Part shown: one piece after another, positions 51,885 to 56,410 of the stretch
Layout: each line of letters starts with the position of its first letter
Position numbering within the stretch: the first letter of the stretch is position 1
DNA from: Bacteroidota bacterium
Lineage (GTDB): Bacteria > Bacteroidota > Ignavibacteria > UBA10030 > UBA6906
Length of the DNA stretch: 56,410 bases
NCBI GenBank assembly: GCA_017860635.1
Contig: JAGDMK010000035.1
Coordinates: 1-56,410 of the forward strand
Reading direction: 5' to 3'
Position numbers and translations under genes: made by a program
Notes under the pieces: generated by a model
Database searches by the model: none
Told to the model about the DNA's origin: nothing
What the model saw: the letters and a program-made list of their open reading frames with translations, nothing else

Positions 51885-53057
51885 TCACTCCCCGGACAGC
51901 ACCACCGTGGTGACCTCCGCGCGGGCATGATACCGGATGGGTGCAAGTGAGAGTCCTACGCCATCGGTGACCACCACCGCTGTTGAGCCCACTGTGTACG
52001 TGCCGCTGTAGAACTCCGTCTCCCGCATGCTCGGCGTCACCGGAAAGCCGAGCGGATGCAGGACAACCTGTCCGCCGTGCGTATGGCCTGCCAGCACGAG
52101 GTGGTATCCCCGCTCTGATGCAAGGCGAATGAGCCACTCTGCGGGTTGATGGACCAGCAGCATCTTGAGGTCCGCCTCCGGAGCCACATCCAGAATGCTC
52201 CGCAGCTTCGCTTCGTTCAGTCTGTTGCTGTAAATGTGCGTGAGCCCCGTGATAAGTACTCTCTTTCCGTTTCGATGCAGGATCATGTGTTCATTCTCGA
52301 GGAACATCCAACCGCACTCAACCTGAAATCTGCGTATTGCATCAGGGTCAGACCATTGATCGTGATCTCCCATCACCGCAACGGATGCAAGGGACCCTTT
52401 CATGGAGCACATGACTTTTTCTGCTGCAGTGAGATAGTTGGTTCCGCCTGTTACCACGTCGCCAGAGGAGAGAAGGAGTTCCGGATTCTGACGTCGGACG
52501 ATCTCCAGAACCTGGTTGACCTTCGACTCGCCCGTGTATCTGTCAACCTGGATATCGCCAACAAGCGTGATGCGCAGATTCTTCAGTCCTCCAGGCAGGT
52601 GCTTGACACCTACGGTCACCGTGCTGTCACGTACCTGCGTGGTATCGATCAGGATGCGGGCCGGGACGTAGAGAATGGCGCATACGGCGAGGACGAGCCG
52701 TACAGAGGCAAGCACCTTGCGCCACTGCTGGACCCGGGCCGGAACAAGGCGGCCGGCGAGCGACGCGATATCCAGAAGAAGGAACGGGGCAATAAGCTCA
52801 CCGACGATAATCAGGCCGACCCACTGGGGATACATAAGCAGATAGTCAGCGAGCCACCCTGCATTGAACAGCTCCCCGCGGGGCACAGGATGTCCAATGA
52901 AGTGAAGGACAACGACGAGGAGGGGAAAGCTGAAGAGCCAGAGAATCACGAGGAGAGCGATCCTCTTTGCGCGGCGTTTTGCGCCGGGACGCAGGAGCCC
53001 GACGGATGCGGACACCCGCAAGGCGACGTAGAGGGTGAGCGGCAACGCAACCCACAA
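51885..53057 (-). CDS. Membrane-anchored metallophosphoesterase (YkuE-like)
   Basis: It has N-terminal TM helices followed by calcineurin-like phosphoesterase motifs: LVGDIQVD, SSGDVVTGG, VMGDHD, LLVHQP and LAGHTHGGQV. Confidence 0.85.
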   Translation of the reverse strand: MWVALPLTLYVALRVSASVGLLRPGAKRRAKRIALLVILWLFSFPLLVVVLHFIGHPVPRGELFNAGWLADYLLMYPQWVGLIIVGELIAPFLLLDIASLAGRLVPARVQQWRKVLASVRLVLAVCAILYVPARILIDTTQVRDSTVTVGVKHLPGGLKNLRITLVGDIQVDRYTGESKVNQVLEIVRRQNPELLLSSGDVVTGGTNYLTAAEKVMCSMKGSLASVAVMGDHDQWSDPDAIRRFQVECGWMFLENEHMILHRNGKRVLITGLTHIYSNRLNEAKLRSILDVAPEADLKMLLVHQPAEWLIRLASERGYHLVLAGHTHGGQVVLHPLGFPVTPSMRETEFYSGTYTVGSTAVVVTDGVGLSLAPIRYHARAEVTTVVLSGE

Positions 53058-53298
53058 TTTCCGGGTGCCCGCAAAGCGATTTGACTTTGATGGTGCGTTG
53101 GGTATCTTCTTGATGTGATCACCACCGGCACCGCGGGGACGCGACCAGCCTCAGACAGCCGAAACGGAACCGGTGGGAGCACGTGCCTGACCCCCGTTCT
53201 GTGTACCGCATCCCTCCTGACCGCAAGAGAAATCCCGGTGTGGAGATGTGTTTGAAACGGCGCGATGCCGCTCGCTAGTGAAAACCAAGGATAGCCTT

Positions 53299-54792
53299 AT
53301 GGCAGCACAGCCAGTCACCTGCTCACGCTCCAGCATGGTCAGCTATTCGGTCGGGGAATGTGCCAACTCCCTGATCATGAACTCGCTCTTTGGCTTCGCG
53401 ATGCTGTACTACACGGATGCGCTGGGACTCAAACATTCCGATGCGGGCATCGCAATGGCGTTGGCTGTGTTCTGGGATGCCATCACCGATCCCGTGATGG
53501 GTCATATCACAGACAACACGAAGAGCAAATTCGGGAGAAGGCACCCCTGGTTGGTGGTGGGTGGACTCGGAGTGATTGCCGCGTATGTGTTCCTCTGGTA
53601 CGTACCTGCCGTCTTCAGGGCCGATACACAGCTGTTGTTCTGGTATCTGGTCGGCATCAACCTGGTGCAGCGGACTGCGATCACGGTTTTCTATATTCCG
53701 TTTACGGCCCTGGGATTCGAGATGTGCACGGACTACCGGGGGAGAGTGACGCTGCAGGGGATCAGATCCGCAATGAATATGCTTGCAAACCTGCTTGGCC
53801 CTGGCCTGGCCTGGGCCGTCTTCTTCGCCAACAACGACGTTGTCCGGGCGACATCAGTGGAGGACAACTACCTGCGCATGGGTCTGAGTTTTGCCGCCGT
53901 CTCACTCCTCTGTATTCTCTCCGTGATCGTTCTGACGAGGAAGTACATCAAAGACAGCAGGCAGATGGTCACCGAAGGGAACAGCATCGGAGGATTCATC
54001 ACGGATATGAAAGAGATTGCCGCCGACAGCTATCCCCGGTTTGTCTTCATCTTCATCACCGTCATAACCGTAGGAATTGCGCTCGTCAGTTCTCTTCAGA
54101 TGTACCTCTATGAACACTTCATGAGGCTCGGCGGTGTTGAGAAATCGATAACCCATGGCGGATCAATGGTAGGTTTCGGGATCGGCGCGTTGATGGCAGC
54201 GTTTGTGGCCCGTAAGCTGGACAAGAAAGGTGCGGTGCTCTTTGCGGGTTCTCTCAGCGTGACATGCAATTTCATCCTCGCTGCACTGTTCCTTCCTGCC
54301 ATTCTGATTCCGGGGCAGTCCGTTGTCCTTCTCTCGTGGCCAATCCCGTATGCGTTCATCATCTTCGCGATACTTCATGGCACGTACTGGCTTGGCAACG
54401 GCATCATGTTTCCCACGGCCACATCCATGATGGCTGATGTGTCGGAGATCAACGAGATCAAAACCGGGATCAACAAGGATGGGGCCTACTCTGCGGTGTT
54501 CAGCTTCTCGCAGAAATGCGCAATTTCTCTGGGCGTGCTGATCAGCGGTTACAGCCTTTCTCTGATCGGGTTTGAACCGGGGAAAGAAGTGGCGCAGAGT
54601 GCTGATACACTGTGGAGGCTGTGCGCGGTAACATTGCTCGCGGGCCCGGCGATCTCGCTGATATCACTGGCCCTGATTCGATTTTATCCCGTCAACAACG
54701 AACTGCTTGAGAAGTTGAGAGCCAGCCGGATTCCCGAGAGTGTCCCCTCTCAGCGGGAGCCTCTTCAAGGCACCTCGAACACAGAGTCCTGA
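53299..54792 (+). CDS. MFS transporter of the glycoside-pentoside-hexuronide (GPH) cation symporter family
   Basis: ORF 53248..54792, with a probable start at ATG 53299 or 53335. The GPH N-terminal signature is YSVGECANSLIMNSLFGFAMLYYTDALGL...AMALAVFWDAITDPVMGHITDNTKSKFGRRHPW. The hydrophobicity profile is consistent with 12 TM helices. Confidence 0.85.
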   Translation: MAAQPVTCSRSSMVSYSVGECANSLIMNSLFGFAMLYYTDALGLKHSDAGIAMALAVFWDAITDPVMGHITDNTKSKFGRRHPWLVVGGLGVIAAYVFLWYVPAVFRADTQLLFWYLVGINLVQRTAITVFYIPFTALGFEMCTDYRGRVTLQGIRSAMNMLANLLGPGLAWAVFFANNDVVRATSVEDNYLRMGLSFAAVSLLCILSVIVLTRKYIKDSRQMVTEGNSIGGFITDMKEIAADSYPRFVFIFITVITVGIALVSSLQMYLYEHFMRLGGVEKSITHGGSMVGFGIGALMAAFVARKLDKKGAVLFAGSLSVTCNFILAALFLPAILIPGQSVVLLSWPIPYAFIIFAILHGTYWLGNGIMFPTATSMMADVSEINEIKTGINKDGAYSAVFSFSQKCAISLGVLISGYSLSLIGFEPGKEVAQSADTLWRLCAVTLLAGPAISLISLALIRFYPVNNELLEKLRASRIPESVPSQREPLQGTSNTES

Positions 54793-54941
54793 CGTGGAGG
54801 ACGCGTCCGGATCGAACGCCGGACATCCACGGACTATGGATGGTGTCTCCGAATCTCCACCAACGACAGGCTACAGCCTCCCCGGGCATGCAAGCAGAAA
54901 GTGACGCACCATAAAGCAGGTGCGCCACCTGCTGTCGACTC

Positions 54942-56264
54942 TCACTTTCCGCCGACCGTCATCTCCGCGACCTTGATCGTCGGTCCTGTGATCGAGTCCT
55001 TGAACTTCAGATCATTTCCCACCATCTGGATCCCCTGGAGGATCTGACCGAGGTTGCCGGAGATCGTGATCTCAGAAACCGGGAATGCAATCTCTCCTTT
55101 TTCGATCCAGAGTCCGAACGCCCCCCGTGAAATGTCGCCCGTCGTCGGCACAAGCCCGAACCCGATCGTTCCCGTGAGGAAGAGCCCCCGGTCTACGGAT
55201 TTGATGATCTCCTCCGGAGTCGAGGAACCGGCGGCCAGGTACAGGTTGTTCGGTCCGGATGCATTGCCTGTGGACTTCATGCCGAGTTTCTTCGCGGCAT
55301 AGGTATCCGTCAGATAGCTTCTGAGCACCCCTTTCTCCATGACGACGGTCTTCCGCACCGGAACCCCTTCAGTGTCAAAAGGCCTTGTTCCGATGCCGCC
55401 GGGAATCAATCCGTCATCGATGATGGTCACGAGATCATTGCCGACTTTCATGCCCACTTTCCCGGCAAGGAACGACTGCTTCAAGTAGACGCTGTTCCCG
55501 TTGATGCAATTGTAGAAGAAACTGAGTAAACTCGACGTCATGGGAGGTTCGAGTACGACCGGTACGTTTTGCGTGTCGACTTTCTTCCCTCCAATTAGCC
55601 GCGTCACCCGGTTGATTGCCTTCCGGGCAATCTCCTCCGGTGTCTCCAGTCCGGCGAGTGAAGGCGACTCATCTCCCCAGCCCTCGTCGAAGAGATTCGC
55701 TCCCTCACCAGCCTGAAGGTAGACAGAGGAGGAGCAGTTGGTACGATTGTAGGATCCCGAGAATCCGTTGGAATTGGCCAGGTGCAGGGCCCCCGTGTTC
55801 GTACGGAATCCTGCTCCAAAGCTCTTCTTGACGCGCTTGTCCCCGAGGCAGATCGCCTCGGTTTCCCTGGCTGCGGCGATTTTCTTCTCAGGTGACATCG
55901 CAGGCACTGCGGGGTCAGAGATCTTCAGCGATGCCAGATCGACCGATAGCGCCTCTTTCACTGGAAGGCCCGCAAGCGGATCAGCACTAGAGAGTTTGGC
56001 CCGCTCTATCGCATTTGTTACAAGTCGCTGGAGAGTGTCCTTCGACAGATCCGATGAACTGGCGCGGGCCATCTTTCCCTCAACAAACACCCTGAGGGAA
56101 AGGCCCTTCGAACCAGCCTCTGTCAATTTCTCGATTTCCCCTTCCCGGACATCAACGGAGAATTCCGTTCCTTCCCGGACAAGGACCTCGGCCTGAGTGG
56201 CGCCGTTCTTCCGGGAAAAGTCAACGAAGTCTTCTGCGAGGTGAAGAAGCTGCTCTGAGTTCAT
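54942..56264 (-). CDS. pmbA: PmbA/TldE-type metalloprotease modulator (TldD/PmbA family)
   Basis: A 440-aa ORF. The opening is MNSEQLLHLAEDFVDFSRKNGATQAEVLV..GTEFSVDVREGEIEKL, and the C-terminus is ..ISGNLGQILQGIQMVGNDL......MTVGGK. Both are typical of PmbA. A hairpin (AGCAGGTG-CGC-CACCTGCT, about 54917-54935) lies just downstream on the minus strand. Confidence 0.85.
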   Translation of the reverse strand: MNSEQLLHLAEDFVDFSRKNGATQAEVLVREGTEFSVDVREGEIEKLTEAGSKGLSLRVFVEGKMARASSSDLSKDTLQRLVTNAIERAKLSSADPLAGLPVKEALSVDLASLKISDPAVPAMSPEKKIAAARETEAICLGDKRVKKSFGAGFRTNTGALHLANSNGFSGSYNRTNCSSSVYLQAGEGANLFDEGWGDESPSLAGLETPEEIARKAINRVTRLIGGKKVDTQNVPVVLEPPMTSSLLSFFYNCINGNSVYLKQSFLAGKVGMKVGNDLVTIIDDGLIPGGIGTRPFDTEGVPVRKTVVMEKGVLRSYLTDTYAAKKLGMKSTGNASGPNNLYLAAGSSTPEEIIKSVDRGLFLTGTIGFGLVPTTGDISRGAFGLWIEKGEIAFPVSEITISGNLGQILQGIQMVGNDLKFKDSITGPTIKVAEMTVGGK

Positions 56265-56410
56265 GACCGGCCTCCCACCGTCATCTGACGGAGTTTCAGC
56301 GTGGGCGTTCCTGCAGTCACGGAAGCAGACTGACCGTCCTTACCGCAGCTGCCGAGGAAGAACTGAGTGTCGTTGCCGATCATCTCCACCTCATTGAGGA
56401 TCTGGACGTT
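56261..56410 (-). CDS. tldD: TldD-type protease, C-terminal 49 codons (the 5' part lies outside the window)
   Basis: The reverse complement of 56261-56410 reads NVQILNEVEMIGNDTQFFLGSCGKDGQSASVTAGTPTLKLRQMTVGGRS*. This is the conserved TldD C-terminus (G.CGK.GQ...V..G.PT......TVGG). Its stop TGA overlaps the pmbA ATG (TCATGA). Confidence 0.65.
   Translation of the reverse strand, partial: NVQILNEVEMIGNDTQFFLGSCGKDGQSASVTAGTPTLKLRQMTVGGRS

Noticed and set aside
1-56410. I looked for mobile elements, prophage genes, toxin-antitoxin pairs, restriction-modification or other defence genes, and for tRNA or rRNA.
   Set aside because: I found no transposase, integrase or recombinase motifs, no terminal inverted repeats flanking a block, no cloverleaf-like tRNA sequences and no rRNA-like stretches. 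The region looks like native chromosome.

Overview
A 56.4-kb, moderately GC-rich chromosomal segment. It most likely comes from an uncultured FCB-superphylum bacterium outside the Bacteroidia. Five proteins end in T9SS-type C-terminal sorting domains ('..FPNPFNP.TTI..' followed by '..SGVY..' and a basic tail), and many genes have GGAGG-like ribosome-binding sites. I call about 38 protein genes and see no rRNA, tRNA, CRISPR array, transposase or integrase.

Gene content, left to right:
- a fused membrane/spermidine-synthase-like gene (partial)
- a DUF2339 and DUF4177 pair
- a VOC-fold protein
- an MFS transporter
- a 2007-aa Ig/IPT/FN3 T9SS adhesin
- an aldo/keto reductase
- a beta-propeller sensor kinase with a stand-alone REC and a REC-PP2C phosphatase
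- a tightly packed four-gene outer-membrane module: TonB-dependent receptor, FN3/CTD-like protein, PorV-like barrel, IPT/propeller lipoprotein
- three glycoside hydrolases: GH31 with PA14, GH2, and a GH51-like enzyme with a CTD
- an internally duplicated T9SS cargo protein
- an LTXXQ protein with an ECF sigma, anti-sigma and lipoprotein cluster
- a C39-like peptidase with a CTD
- a divergent Opp/Dpp-like ABC importer operon with two extra extracytoplasmic proteins and a single fused, asymmetric ATPase
- a URO-D-family protein, a metallophosphoesterase, a GPH sugar symporter, and pmbA plus a tldD fragment

The best candidate for an undescribed system is the SusD-less, PorV-containing uptake module (19.9-27.6 kb). 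It is coupled to a xyloglucan-type hydrolase set and preceded by a glycan-sensor-type kinase whose output is a PP2C phosphatase.

Other notable signals:
- a perfect (GAGAT)18 tract immediately upstream of the third hydrolase gene
- several direct-repeat arrays in divergent promoter regions
- a 14-nt motif shared upstream of two T9SS cargo genes
- three apparent reading-frame disruptions, which may be real or may be assembly errors

All family assignments come from motif recognition by eye. No database search was possible.
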